Positions 14,345 to 26,758 of a stretch of 64,000 nucleotides of DNA are shown here, in pieces. Source of the stretch: Zancudomyces culisetae HAW-14-8 (taxonomy: Eukaryota; Fungi; Kickxellomycota); the NCBI GenBank assembly GCA_052426225.1, contig JBNJNM010000012.1:434001-498000 (forward strand), in the 5' to 3' direction. The translations under genes and the position numbers were made by a program. The notes beneath the pieces are model-generated. The model searched no databases. It had not been told where the DNA came from and was given only the letters and a program-made list of their open reading frames with translations. Every line of letters begins with the position of its first letter. The stretch's first letter is position 1.

Positions 14345-14811
14345 ATATACTTTTTATATTTATAATCAAAATTACATTTGTTAACTGAATTTGACCTATA
14401 CAAAGTTTGCTATTATTGTCTATATACATAATTATCTTGCGCATACCCTAAAAGAAAAAAGCATTTAATGAATGTAGCAAGAGTAAAGAAAAGGTTTATT
14501 AGTACATTGGTCGTAATTCTTATAAACACAACTTCTAAGACATGCTATACGCGTGGTTTGTTTGTATGATATAACTAAGAGTTGGCATCTCGCTCCCTCC
14601 AAAAAAAAAAGTGAGGATGTTTAGAAAAAACAAAGAAAAAGAGAAGGGAGGGAGGGAAGAACAAAAATCTAAATACAAGAGAGGTATTGGAAGGAAGTTG
14701 TACCAATAACAACAAATTTAATATACTATGACGCGAAAAGCCAATGATTATACATTCAACCGATCGACAGGGGGTTGATAAAAAACCAACAGAGTTCAGG
14801 TGTGGGTCTCT

Positions 14812-17800
14812 CTAACATATACTAACCTGGTCAGAAATGCTTTTGGAGTCAGCTGCTCCTGAGGATGGGTTGGTAGGTAATTTGCCTGCAAGAGAAGAGC
14901 CGTTGTGCGTCTGATTGGAGTTGGTTCCAAAATTGCTGGGACGCTTGGGCCTGCTTTTCAGTAGAGCTTTGTTCGGGATAGGGGGCTTGGAGGTATGGTT
15001 GAATAATCTGGAGTCTAACAAGTCAGTGTTTGAGTTATAAAGACTCTGGTTATTAGTATTAGTATCGTTATTAGTATTGTTATCATTGTTATCATTGTTA
15101 TCATTGTTGTTCTTGCTGTTATCGTCAAGACTGGTCGTTTGTGTCGTACCATGGAGATTTTCAAGTTCGGTTGTGTTTGTGGCTTCCAAATCGACCTTAA
15201 AAGTGGTCGCATCAACCATTCTCTCCTTGGCCTGCGTTAAAGATCCAGTAATTTTTTCGTAAATGAGGGCGAGCCTAGCATCAAGATCTAAATAGTCATC
15301 GTTATCAGTACTGTTATCACTATTGCCAACACGGCCATTCTCATCACTTGCCACACCGTTATCCTTATCTGCATTACTAGCACTACCACTGGATGACTCT
15401 TTTTCGGGACCCTTGTTGGACTCTTTGTTGGTATCAACATTATTATCATTTACAAGCCTCGAGGCAACATACAGCTGATCCTCCAATGTTTTGGTCTTTT
15501 CAATCAAAATCTTGTTGCTATTGTTAGATTCGTCTAGCAGGTTTTTGAGTCTTGTAACATCGGTAAAGTATTTGGTTTTCAACTCACCAAATTGGTGGTG
15601 TAAGGTCACCAACATTGTATACAACTGTTTATTGGCTTTTTCTGCAGTCCGAGCGGTAATCTCATCAGGTCCTTGCTTTTTCGTGTTTACCTGGATTCCT
15701 ACATGTCTTCGTTGCGCTTTACGATATATATTGTTTTCTATGCTTATTGACGACGAAGCGCCACTTGCATTCACGTTATTGTCAAGTGGAAGCATGCTGT
15801 TGGAAAACGGTGACAGCTTATCAATGCTGCTGGTAAACGAAAGACCAAGCACCTCACTAGAGATGTTGGATGATGACGAAAACAATACCTTTCGGGATGT
15901 GTTTGGTGATAATCCATTTATTAGCGCGTTTGCCGACTCAATTCTTGGAGGCACCAAGCTGCGATTAATTGGGGATCCGACTCGTTCCACACTATAGCTG
16001 GAATGGCTTTGTGTTGATACATGACTTGCCAGTGTCTGTAACCGCGGTCGAGCCGATGGTGACGTGATTCTTGCTAGTTGTGACGTCGATAAAACATCGC
16101 TGCCCTCAGCCTCGTTTTGGCTTTCATCTTCGGTTTCATATTCGCTCCCATCTGTGTAATCACCGCTTTCACTTTCGGCGCCGTCTTCGTCATAATCTTG
16201 ATGGTTTTCACCACCCTGTTCGGAAACCATCGAATATGATTCTATTACCTGGAGCCTGCGAAATCCTTGCTTTTGTTTTCCGCCTGAATTATCAGCTTGG
16301 TTATCCTTTTTGGCAGCAATATTTGCCCTCAGCCCTCTTTGGTTCGGTGCGTACTCACTACCAAGTCTTCCAGATTTAGGGTCTGCTATTAGCCCACCAA
16401 GCATATTGGTTGACTTGTGGTCATCGAACACACTTAACTTCTCATCATGTAAATCATGTCGGTCTATACTGTTAACTGAAAACGGATCGTAAAAGTCAAG
16501 TTGGCTATCGTTGGGTAATGTATTGACACCCTTTCCCCCATTGTTTAAAAGAGCCATTTGTTTTATATTTGGGCTGTTTGTACTTTCCCGATAAAAGTCA
16601 ACCGAACTGTTGCCTTTTTGGTTCAAGCCACCCTTTAGTTTGTTTGCAGTAGGCTTTAATTTCTCACCTTCATAAATTTCGTGTTTGTTATGTCGATGGT
16701 GCTTGTTTTCACTGCCTGCTCGGTCTCTCTTGACAAAATCCGAGCTACTGTCACTCTGGTTAGCTCCTACCTCCCCTTTTCCACTATGTATATCCTCAAC
16801 GCTAAAATTACCAAGCTTTTCGAGTAACCTTTCTGAGCCGCTTTGTTTGACTCCGCCGTTATACCTATTGTTTTTTCTTGTAGCTTGTCCATCTTCGGTA
16901 TCACCATTTCCTATATTGAACGTCGAAGACCTAAAATAGTCGCCTTTGCCCCCTCTAGCTGCAAACGTTCTATTTTTCCTGTTCTTGTTCTTATCACTCC
17001 CTGCCCTGTCAGCAACACTACTACTGTTACTACGTCCAACCTGTATCGCTTTTAGTCCGTAATTGCTCAGTCCTATCCCCACACTATTATCCCGTCCATA
17101 TATTTGTACATCATTAACGCTGTTGATGCTTCCGTACCTGTTTAGGGATGGAAAGCTGTCAAACGCATGAATTTGGCTTACTCCTGTCATATCGTCTGTC
17201 GTTGGGTTACTTTCACCACCATATCGATCATCTGTATCGTTTCGAGATTCATCCACAGATATATCTGGCTCACTTCCGTTATCCACATCATCTTGTTCTT
17301 CAGAATCGGTAACTGCAAACCTATTAAGCTGGATCTCCTTGCGCTCTTTACTTTCCTCCCCCATGCTTTCCGCCTCATCACTAAATGGGGTTTTCTTACT
17401 TCTCATCATATTAATAATCCTTTTTGCATTGCTCACCAACGCCTTAATTTTTTCTTCATCCTGAACCACCGCTACACTGTCATCCGGCACCGCATACACT
17501 TCCCGCCCCGTTTTTTGTTCCCCACCATTCTGTTTGCTACCGTTACCGTTTTTGCTATTAGTGGTGCTTTCGCCATTATCCTTTTTTTGAATATTTCTGC
17601 CGTTTATTAACGCCATTTGCTTGTCTATCTGTTCATTCATTGCTTCCATTGCACTTAAAGTGTCCAGCTTGCCCATCTCAACCTCTTTTCCACCGTCATT
17701 CTGGCCTGGAGCAACTACTAAGCTTGTCGACCTGCTTTTTGTTTTTAATCTGCGCCTCTGAACTTCCTCTGGAATCACCTTGGGCCGAAAACTTTCCCGA

Positions 17801-18438
17801 TATTCCTTTTCGAATATTCGTTTCGGAACCACGCGCCTCTTACTGGCACCCGTAACGGTCGCTGCCTTTTCCTTATCCCCATTCGCACTCTCAGCCACAG
17901 GTTCACTTTTAGGTGTCTCCTTCTTTTCAGCCCTCTTGACATTTTTTTCGATTTTAGAAGGTATATGCCTTTCCTTAATTTTGGAGATATCATAGCTGCG
18001 ACTTTCGTCGGTATGCCCACCCCCTCCATCTATATACTTTTGATTTTTGGTTTGATTTGTCATTATTCGCCGAATTATCGCATTATTGTCAAATAATGGA
18101 TCATCCTTCAAACTAAGCCCTAGTTCATCGGCATCGGCATCGCCATCAAATATCTCGCTGCCATACATACTAGTGTTGTCAATGTAACTACTTAGGGCAG
18201 GTCTTGATTCCTGGTTCACTCTCGCTTTATTTTTTCCATTATAGTTGTCTATGCTTTCGTCTAGTTTACTATCCATTATATTATTTGATTTTTTGTTTGT
18301 CCTGGCATAGTTATCATAAAAAAGTTGGTACTCTGCGTCCCGACTTAATGATTTTTCTGATACCAAACCTCTCTCTATAAGTGTGTCTTCCTTGCCTATA
18401 AATTCCTTTCTTAATACTCTGCCCGTATGTACTTCCAT
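14812..18438 (-). CDS. Large intrinsically disordered hypothetical protein (~1200 aa) with C-terminal coiled coil
   Basis: 3.6-kb uninterrupted ORF, first ATG at 18438. S/N/D/K-rich with a heptad-like segment LYTMLVTLHHQFGELKTKYFTDVTRLKNLLDESNNSNKILIEKTKTLEDQL. No family recognised. Confidence 0.8.
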   Translation of the reverse strand: MEVHTGRVLRKEFIGKEDTLIERGLVSEKSLSRDAEYQLFYDNYARTNKKSNNIMDSKLDESIDNYNGKNKARVNQESRPALSSYIDNTSMYGSEIFDGDADADELGLSLKDDPLFDNNAIIRRIMTNQTKNQKYIDGGGGHTDESRSYDISKIKERHIPSKIEKNVKRAEKKETPKSEPVAESANGDKEKAATVTGASKRRVVPKRIFEKEYRESFRPKVIPEEVQRRRLKTKSRSTSLVVAPGQNDGGKEVEMGKLDTLSAMEAMNEQIDKQMALINGRNIQKKDNGESTTNSKNGNGSKQNGGEQKTGREVYAVPDDSVAVVQDEEKIKALVSNAKRIINMMRSKKTPFSDEAESMGEESKERKEIQLNRFAVTDSEEQDDVDNGSEPDISVDESRNDTDDRYGGESNPTTDDMTGVSQIHAFDSFPSLNRYGSINSVNDVQIYGRDNSVGIGLSNYGLKAIQVGRSNSSSVADRAGSDKNKNRKNRTFAARGGKGDYFRSSTFNIGNGDTEDGQATRKNNRYNGGVKQSGSERLLEKLGNFSVEDIHSGKGEVGANQSDSSSDFVKRDRAGSENKHHRHNKHEIYEGEKLKPTANKLKGGLNQKGNSSVDFYRESTNSPNIKQMALLNNGGKGVNTLPNDSQLDFYDPFSVNSIDRHDLHDEKLSVFDDHKSTNMLGGLIADPKSGRLGSEYAPNQRGLRANIAAKKDNQADNSGGKQKQGFRRLQVIESYSMVSEQGGENHQDYDEDGAESESGDYTDGSEYETEDESQNEAEGSDVLSTSQLARITSPSARPRLQTLASHVSTQSHSSYSVERVGSPINRSLVPPRIESANALINGLSPNTSRKVLFSSSSNISSEVLGLSFTSSIDKLSPFSNSMLPLDNNVNASGASSSISIENNIYRKAQRRHVGIQVNTKKQGPDEITARTAEKANKQLYTMLVTLHHQFGELKTKYFTDVTRLKNLLDESNNSNKILIEKTKTLEDQLYVASRLVNDNNVDTNKESNKGPEKESSSGSASNADKDNGVASDENGRVGNSDNSTDNDDYLDLDARLALIYEKITGSLTQAKERMVDATTFKVDLEATNTTELENLHGTTQTTSLDDNSKNNNDNNDNNDNNTNNDTNTNNQSLYNSNTDLLDSRLFNHTSKPPIPNKALLKSRPKRPSNFGTNSNQTHNGSSLAGKLPTNPSSGAADSKSISDQVSIC

Positions 18439-20948
18439 ATTATTCGTTTTTTTTTCTACCAAATAATAAGAAATAGCCTAAAACAAAGAAAGAAGGGGCC
18501 TTTTACATCCTTTTGGTATCGTTTATTTACGATATCCGATTACAGTTCCTTTCCTTGATGCTACTTATCCCTTTTCGTATGCCGCTTATTTCTAGCTGTT
18601 CCTTTTGTCAATAGTCGAATTCGAAAATACAGCACTTTAAACTCGATCCTCTATTCTATCGCACTTATAAATAGGTCGTTGCTATCACACAGCCTAGAAT
18701 GCTTAAATTGTAAATGTTCTCTTATCGATTTATGTTGTTTTTTATTCCTTTCTTGCGAACCAGGCAACAAAATATAATTACTTTTGAATGGCGTAGTTTT
18801 TTTTAGAATCGGATGTATAAATTAAATTTGCACAACAGGTAAATTATGCAGCGAACACGGAACTTGTTCTCTGATCCAACACTGCCTCTGAAAGTTGTAC
18901 TATTTACCTCTTACTTTTATAACCCGATTGCGCCGCTTTTTAGGATTTTTCCTTTAACCTATATCCGATTAGATACAACTGCTCGTGCTCAGTGCTTTTA
19001 CTTTCGCTTTGCCCCAAAATACCTTTTACGTTGCTTTTACAATTGTCCAATGCTCAAAAAAAAATATTGCTTGAATCTAGCATTAGCAGTATACTCAAAA
19101 TTTTTTTTTTGCTAGTTCGTCTTGAGCTTATTCATAATTTTTCATGTGTCTCAGCAACACTCTCATTAACTCTAATTTTCACTAATTTTTTTAATATGGA
19201 AAACAAAACTTCCAAAAATGTTGTGTTTATCCAAACAGTTTGTTTACTATAATTTTTCGCGAGTATTATTGTTATTTTTTTAATTTTTTTTTAGAAATAG
19301 TTAGAAATGTGTACAAATGTTGAAACTGTCCTTTAGCTTCAATGTAAGGCAAGGATCGACAAAAACACTCACTAGACCCATAGTTAAACAAAATATTGCA
19401 GCGCTATTAGGAGTGGTATCGAGGATAATAATTTAATGGCAGATTGGCTGGTTTGGTTCTTTTCTTGATACCTTTGCCCATTGACACCATGCTTATCAAT
19501 TTAGTAGGGCAACATTCCAATTTAAAACCGCTCTCTTTTTTTGTTAAACTGGTTTGAAAATTCAAGCATTGCACGCTTTCCTATAAAAAAAATACCAGAG
19601 TTGGATGTGGATTTGGTCTCCCCCCCCCAAAAAAAAAACTTTGCCCGATTGTTTTCATCCAGATTACTCCACACTACCGTTATTTCAGCTGCTTTCTTCC
19701 AGTTAATTTCAATTTATAGAAAGTTGGATTAATATCCAAAACATTTACTTCAAAAATAATACTTTCCATACCAAACTGCTGCTATACAACGATGAATGCA
19801 CTTCAGTCGATTTGTTTATTTCTTGCTGTGTTGGGAATCAACTACATATGGCTAAATATTTGCGTTGTTTGAAAGAATGCAAGAAAATCTTTACTAATTT
19901 ACAACTAATCATTTAGCGGATATAACTTGGCTTAGTAAACTCCATTTCCATATTTGTTATGTCTGTTTGATTCACCATTTGAGGTATAAGCGAATAAACA
20001 GTAGCTCATAAAAGTACAACATTTTCTGTCCATAAAAACACACAAGTTGTTCAGAAAAAAATAGGATGTGATCCTGGACAACAACCCATTATCATTATCC
20101 ATACCGCACGCTCACACTTTTACCTACTCACTAGCATACTGCTATGCTGTGCTTAATCTCGCTATTACAAACAAACATTCATTCCTGTCAGTTTCCCGTC
20201 AGCATTGCTTTCATTTTTTTCAAGCTTCGGCAAACCCAGCCAAGTCCAGCGAAATCTAGTGAAACCTAGGGGAATTTAGCTTAGCTTTCTCATATTAATT
20301 CAATTGAAAATTCTCGAGTTTTATTTGTTTGAAGACGCAAATTAGATACAAAGAACTTTGTGCTATTTTAGTTTTATCCAATTTAGGAAGTGGACATAAA
20401 TTAAAATATATTAATAAACTCTGTTGTACAAACAATCATCAAACACGAAAACTGTTAATTCAAACAAAACTGGCAAATGAAAAAACGAAAGAATATTTGT
20501 GCGTTTTCAATTACGAAAATGCATTTTTTTTCATATAAACCAAACCATTACCAAAGAAGGGTCAAAACAATTTCTAGCAAACCCTGAATATTGACTTTTG
20601 TAGGAACAGATTTTATGTTAGATTTCAGATTTCAGATTTCAGGTTTCCTTGGCTCCAAGCCTCGAGCAATCATATTTAATTTTCGGACCCAAGTGAACAG
20701 GCGTGTTTGTGGCAAATATACTAATAGTTGGCCAACAATTGGAACATATCGCAATTTTCACACTACTGCATGCCTCTTTATTTAGAGATAGAATAGCCTT
20801 GAGCGCCCCCCCTTCTCACCCTCCTACGACTACAAAGGTATCAACAACCCCCTCAAAAAAAACCATAAAAAGGAATGATAAATAAAACAGCAAAAAACTA
20901 AAAATCGCTAGGTGGGTTACGACTGGATTGCAGTCAGGTTGGGTGTTT

Positions 20949-22327
20949 CTATGCGTTGTAGTTTCTGCGACCAAATATTTTGGATCCAACCCGAATATTG
21001 TTGCTGCCCAGCTCCAGCGCATGTACAAAGTCATCTGACATTCCCATACTGACTTCTAAACTAACACCAAGCTCGGATTGGTATTTATCCCTCAAGGCAC
21101 CCAATTTGATAAAGTCTGGGTTGGGAATGGTGTTAGAGTTTTCTACTGATCCGATAGTCATCAATCCTAGTAGATTAAGGCCTGAACACTCTTTTACGAT
21201 AGATCCTAAAGTGGTGCTTAAGTCGTCAGCCTCGAGTCCTCCTTTGTCTATTTCATTTTTTTTTCCAGAAAACAAAGCTCGTTTAAATATTGGTTTAAGT
21301 TCAGCAATTATTATTTGGGTAAACAGATGTCAAGTAACAGTTTTTTTTTGTTGGAAAGATATATAAAAATAAATTGAAGGAACTTACTTGGTTCCTCGCT
21401 TGTATTTACTTGTACATAAATGTTAAGCTTAGTTGAAGGGTTTTGAGCAATCCAGGCAGCGTTCAACTTTTTGGCCTTTTCCAAAGAATCAATTGTTTCA
21501 ACAGCCCACAGATTTGAAATAGCTAGTTAGTCCAAGTACGTGGAATAATCAAATTTTTGTTACTTTTAAGTGCTATTGAGACTTTGAAAGGATATTCATT
21601 GATAGTACACCCGTACAGTTGAATATGCTGTTATTAAGGACGTACCTGCCAACGACTTGATCTTGTTGCTTTGAAGACGCCCAATAAAATGCCACTTTAT
21701 CTCTTTAGGTAACTATATTGATTGCATAGATCATATAAGGAATAAATTTATCCAGTAGAGCGTAGATAGTTAGAACTTACGTTTTTTGCTTTTCTTTCCA
21801 ACTCTTGAAGCTATCATTTTCACAATAAGAAATTACAATCAATACATTAAACATACACATCAAACCAAAGTGGATAATTCACTGCCTCACCCACACCAAT
21901 AAACGTATTGTTTCCTCTTGAATAGGCCTGATAAGGACATTGTGAGTGAGTGTGTTGTACTATACTTTTTTTAAAAGTGATATATTTAAAGTAGAAGTTA
22001 AAAGAAACATACATAGTTTTCACCGAAATGAGAATATCCCCTGTTGAAGGCGGAATATATGTCGCTTTCCGGTTTAGTTTTAGATACGCAGACTAACCTG
22101 CAATTCTATTTTTTATTTTTGAAATGATTTATCTTGTGCTATCAATCATCACTCTATCTTTATAATTGTTCCTATCCTTTATTTTTACTTTTTTTAAAAA
22201 ATAGTCTTACCGGCGTGGTCTTGTGCTTCTCCAAGAGTTCAGTCACCTCCTTGAGGTTATGTTCAATTTCGACATCCCTTTCCTCATTGTTGTGAAGTTC
22301 AACAGGTTGCTCAGTAATTTCGCTCAT
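20949..22327 (-). CDS. PLPBP: Pyridoxal phosphate homeostasis protein (PROSC/YggS/YBL036C family), multi-exon
   Basis: Spliced exons give RLVCVSKTKP (PLP Lys), HFGENY, WHFIGRLQSNK, VQVNTSEEP.KGG, GLMTIG, SMGMSDDF, IRVGSKIFG. Confidence 0.93.
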
Positions 22328-22854
22328 CTTCTTTAAAGTTGTAACACTATTAAATATATATCGCTTATCTTTACCTAAAAATTTAGTGTATGTAAATAGA
22401 CTTTTTCCCTGTCTGTATGAAATCATTCAGCTTACAAAGTAAACTAGTCTTGTGTATCTTTAATCGCTTTAATTTTGTTTGAGAGTGGCGGCTGCTTTAA
22501 GGACAAACGATCAATTTTATTCCCATAAAACCACGCCAACCTCATGTAAATTAGTCGCTGTATTTGCCAATCATTTTTAGTTTAAGTACAAATATAATCA
22601 TTCACATTCTAAAACCCAAAATAAGTTGATGATTTATCCAACTTTACCCAATACTAATCTTTTTTAGCTAGTTTTTTCACATCAAGTTCGAGTATTATTC
22701 ATATCCCTCTACCCGGCTAGGTTAGGATCTACGAGCCGCAGTTACATGCACAAACATACCAGATTGCAAATATAGTGGATTCTCTTTTAATATCGATTTT
22801 ATTCATCTAGGATCTCGATTTGCTCCGTCATATTTGTTTTCCCTTAGATTTAAT

Positions 22855-23857
22855 ATGGCCGATGGAATCAATAACCTGAACAATGTTCTCACTTTTCTCG
22901 AAAAAATAAACAACAAGCCTTCGAATATCAGGTTGCAACAGCGTTCCGGGGTAAGCTTTCAGTTAATAATGCCGTTCTCAACATACTACACTTTAGCGTT
23001 CCATATTTGTAGAGCCAGTTTAAATACTTAATCCTCGACTTTTTCAATTTGTTTTCTAGGAGGAGAATCAAAGAAAATGTGAATCACACAATGAAAGTGA
23101 ATTTCGGGGCAACCAGATGCAAATAAATCTTGAAAGTGTAAATGTGGCACATATGCAACCTGCCGAACAACTCGAATTTTCCTATACTCGTGCTGATCCT
23201 CCTTCACAAGGTTCTGAAGAATATTATGGAAACGATAGGAAAAAGAGAAAAGTTCTAGAAGATACAACGGCACTGGAAGACTCTCACGAGCCCGATTGGA
23301 CTAAACTCAACGATATAACGCCTGAAGCCTTAATAAAGCTGGCCTGTATTATGCGAAACCCACGTTTGGTCAGAGAAATTCGCCAGCTTGCACAACAACA
23401 GGTAATCTTCGACTAAAACATTTTTTTCTTAAGAGTTCAAAGTCTCCGTGTGGATCTACATGCTTTTTTTGTATGGTTTTATCAGAACGAATTTATAATT
23501 CTCAAAAATAGGCTGATTTCGAACATAAAGCTTTTCTTTCCCGGTCAGTGAGAATAAAAAACATGACAGTATCATCAAGCAAGGGCACTGGATGGAAAAA
23601 CAATGAAAAAAGCGCGCTTGATGTGGATCTTGAACTTGGAAACAAATTCCAGCAAATAATCACGCATCAGCAACAATCTCTTGAAAAGGTAAGCATTTTT
23701 AATACCCATTGATATTGTTCCACTTTGCTGCGGCTAAACATGAAACTTATACTTTAAAAAATAGCTAGGAATTCCTTTATTTCGAGTTACAAGCGATAAG
23801 GAGTTGATGATGAAGCAAAAGAAGATTCTCTCTATTTTAGTGGAGATGCTTCCTTAG
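22855..23857 (+). CDS. Hypothetical protein, probably DUF2458-like, 4 exons
   Basis: In-frame GT..AG splicing gives ..EALIKLACIMRNPRLVREIRQLAQQQ|ADFEHKAF..DLELGNKFQQIITHQQQSLEK|LGIPLFRV..KKILSILVEMLP*. The LGIPLF tail recalls fungal DUF2458 (from memory). Confidence 0.6.
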
Positions 23858-24363
23858 ATATACTTGGATCTTTATACCCAGCTTTTAGGAGCACCAACTA
23901 AAACGCATCATTTAATCCGTGTTTTTTTACAATCACTCACCTGTTAATAGATAGACTCACCCATAGATGAAATTATTGAGTTGTATAAGTACTTATACTT
24001 TAATGATACTCCTTTTTTTTGACTGTACTGTCATTACATCTGCTTTTCATAGGATGTTTATTGCCACCAGAATATATATAGTAGCTACTGCTATTGTTTA
24101 ATCCTGAAAAACAGAAAACTAGCAAATAGATGAGCAATAAACAAAAATTTTTTGAAGTAGAATGGCTCATACTCTGCTCATATTGACCAAAACCCCCCAG
24201 GGTTCAATGATCATATTACCTGTTGTACCCACCAATCCTCTATTATTTGTTTTCGTTTTTGTTTTCATTTTCTTTATTGAATTTGCGGTTTTCAAGGCCA
24301 CTAGTTGTTAAATAATCTCAAAACCAGAAAATGATAGGCTAAAAAAGTGAAATATCAGCTATA

Positions 24364-25406
24364 TTATGCTCTCTTCTTCTTATCAGAGCCCTTTTTACCG
24401 GATGCGGTCTTTTCTTGGCCAGATTTGGAAATTTTTCCAAGCGCCTTTCCTCTTTGTTTGATCATATGTGTATAAAGAGCAGCAAGACCTATTGTACAAT
24501 ATGCGTGTGTTTATATATTTATCAAACGTTGATTATGAGCATACCATTTCCCATTAGCAATCTAAATAAATATGATACGACCGTTTCTATTAAGTGATTC
24601 AGTTTTTAGGTATAGAAAAAAACTCACCTGGAATGTATAGTGGAAGCGAAGCAACCAAGAAATAGTAGTATATTGGCGAGAGTTTATATGCTTCTGCTAG
24701 CGATGCATATATGAGTGTCATTTCACCAGATACACCGAGTGGGTAAAGGGCATAGAATAGACTGTACCTAGCCCATACAATTGGGTATATCTCGAGCTTC
24801 AGAATCGCTGCTGCGTAGAAGGCATACCGTACAACCTCTGTTATACCCCATGCAACGATAACAATGGTCAATCCAACACTTTCAACAACATCACTCTCTT
24901 TGAACAAATATAGAATGCCCCAAACAATCAGTTCGCGCGAGAATACTTGTGGAACAGTGGTTGCTAGGCCACTTCTTACGATACCTAATTATTAACAACA
25001 GTTTACTTTTTTTATAGCGATTTACTGTTACTAATCCATAGTTTATTAGCGGGTTACAAAGTATAGCCATAATAAAAAACAAACTCAATAGGGAAAAATA
25101 ACCCATTTGAATGGAATTTTACCTGTAAATGCATGTACAATCTATTTATTTTCCGCAAAGGAGGTTAGTTGGCTAGTTTATATCAAGATTGAACACACAA
25201 ATGCAAGTATGATGCTTTACCTCTAGCATTGCCATGGTTTGCACAGCAATCAGATTTGCTCCAACTGTTTCGAAAAGGGTATCTTTACCATTTCCGCTTA
25301 TATAATGTTTTATCGTTTCCTGCAAAATATATGCCCAGGCCAAACTCGAGATTACGTTGTAAGCAATCAGGTAGCTCTTTACCATTCCATTTGACTCTCT
25401 TGCCAT
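24364..25406 (-). CDS. PHS1: Very-long-chain 3-hydroxyacyl-CoA dehydratase (PTPLA family)
   Basis: YLIAYN, VQTMAMLE|IVHAFTG, QVFSR, AWGITEVVRYAFY, WARYSLFYALYPLGVSGE (catalytic Y/E), LYTHMIKQR and C-terminal KKKRA ER-retrieval motif. Includes a 19-nt exon at 25123-25141. Confidence 0.93.
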
Positions 25407-26202
25407 TTTCCAAAACTCAAAATTCCAACAGATACTTGAATGTGTAAAATGTAGTTGTTGGCGAATAAAAAAATTTTTGTTGTAAAGTTTGGCACTTTAC
25501 AGTTATATAGTTCAGGTTAGAGCTCAGAAACGCCAAAATTCAATGATTTAATAGAGTATTTCAATTTGCGATTTGATAATAGTCGCATATGCTTAGAATG
25601 AAGAATTCCACCAATTCTATTTGTCCAGCAGTTAAACTTGATCATTTTAAATACCATTAAATCGCAAATTGGTAAAAAAAAAAACTTGTGGAATAATTTG
25701 GACAGCCTTTCCACCTGCTAACATTTGGTTAATGAACTAAGCAGTTTATGCATGGTAAATGGCTGATATATTTCGTATCCATTAAAGGTGCCTATTAACT
25801 AATAAAAAATAACAAATGAGAAGAGCTAAAATGCTCTATTTCAGCAATCTGGCGATTCAATACTGCATAAAAAGTGCGAATAAAATGATTTGGCTTCAAA
25901 ATTCTTAAACCGCTTTAAGTAAGGCCAAATATGGCTGATTCTAGCCAGAACAGGTGCTTGAGTTTTCATTTTCAATTGAAGTGGTGTTGTACATCTATAG
26001 CCACCAAGCGGCACATTCACAGAGATCAGAGGGTTTTAAAATGAACTTTCTATGAGATACTCTAGCATCGCTGATTTTACGCAAAATACCGGTGGCCGAT
26101 CCTTCTTTGAGGAAGGAAGAATCCCATGTGTTATAACGAATTTATTTTTAGGGCTTAGAATCGCTCAAAAGATAATCGAATGTTTAACGAGAACAATAAA
26201 CA

Positions 26203-26758
26203 TCAACAGTATGTACAAACTGATTCATCAAAAGAAATTACAGTGTCTACTGATTTCTTTACTAGGTTTTCGCGGTTTCTGTACATACTACCATTAATGG
26301 AAGTGCCTTCATAGTTACCTCCGATTACACTGGTGTTGACTCCACTTTCAGCCATTGCAATCTCGACGTTTCGTTTTACCTTATACGTCTTATACGCCTA
26401 TGTAATTATGCTCAATTAGTACTTTTTACCCTGGTATCACATCAACCTACTTTCAACTCAATCTTACCTTAAATGAAACGATCAAAATAATCAAAAATAA
26501 CAGTAATAATACTGATGATAGCACTATTCCGACTGGTGCTCCTCGTTTTTCCACGGGTTCTCCTGAATACGAGCAAATTGTGTACACAAACAGTGAAAAC
26601 ACCAATGCGATCAGCACTATATTTACCACAAGTAATATAAAGCTCTTACATGTGTAAATACGCCCTACGTTTCTCTCAGCCCTGTATCTACTACTCAACC
26701 CATCCTCCCTGTGCTGGGTATTAAGAAACTTTAGTTTATTTTTCAGATCTGGTTCCAT
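26203..26758 (-). CDS. Small two-TM orphan membrane protein, 2 exons
   Basis: ATG at 26758, two hydrophobic helices, phase-0 intron 26467-26398 (GTAAGA..TAG); second exon open to TGA, ending ..SVCTYC. Confidence 0.6.

Noticed and set aside
26140-26205. TGA after ..CTYC as a possible selenocysteine codon (some early-diverging fungi use Sec)
   Set aside because: No resemblance to a known selenoprotein family. The nearest GTGA..GA hairpin downstream (~25990-26020, minus) is too short and lacks the apical AA of a SECIS.
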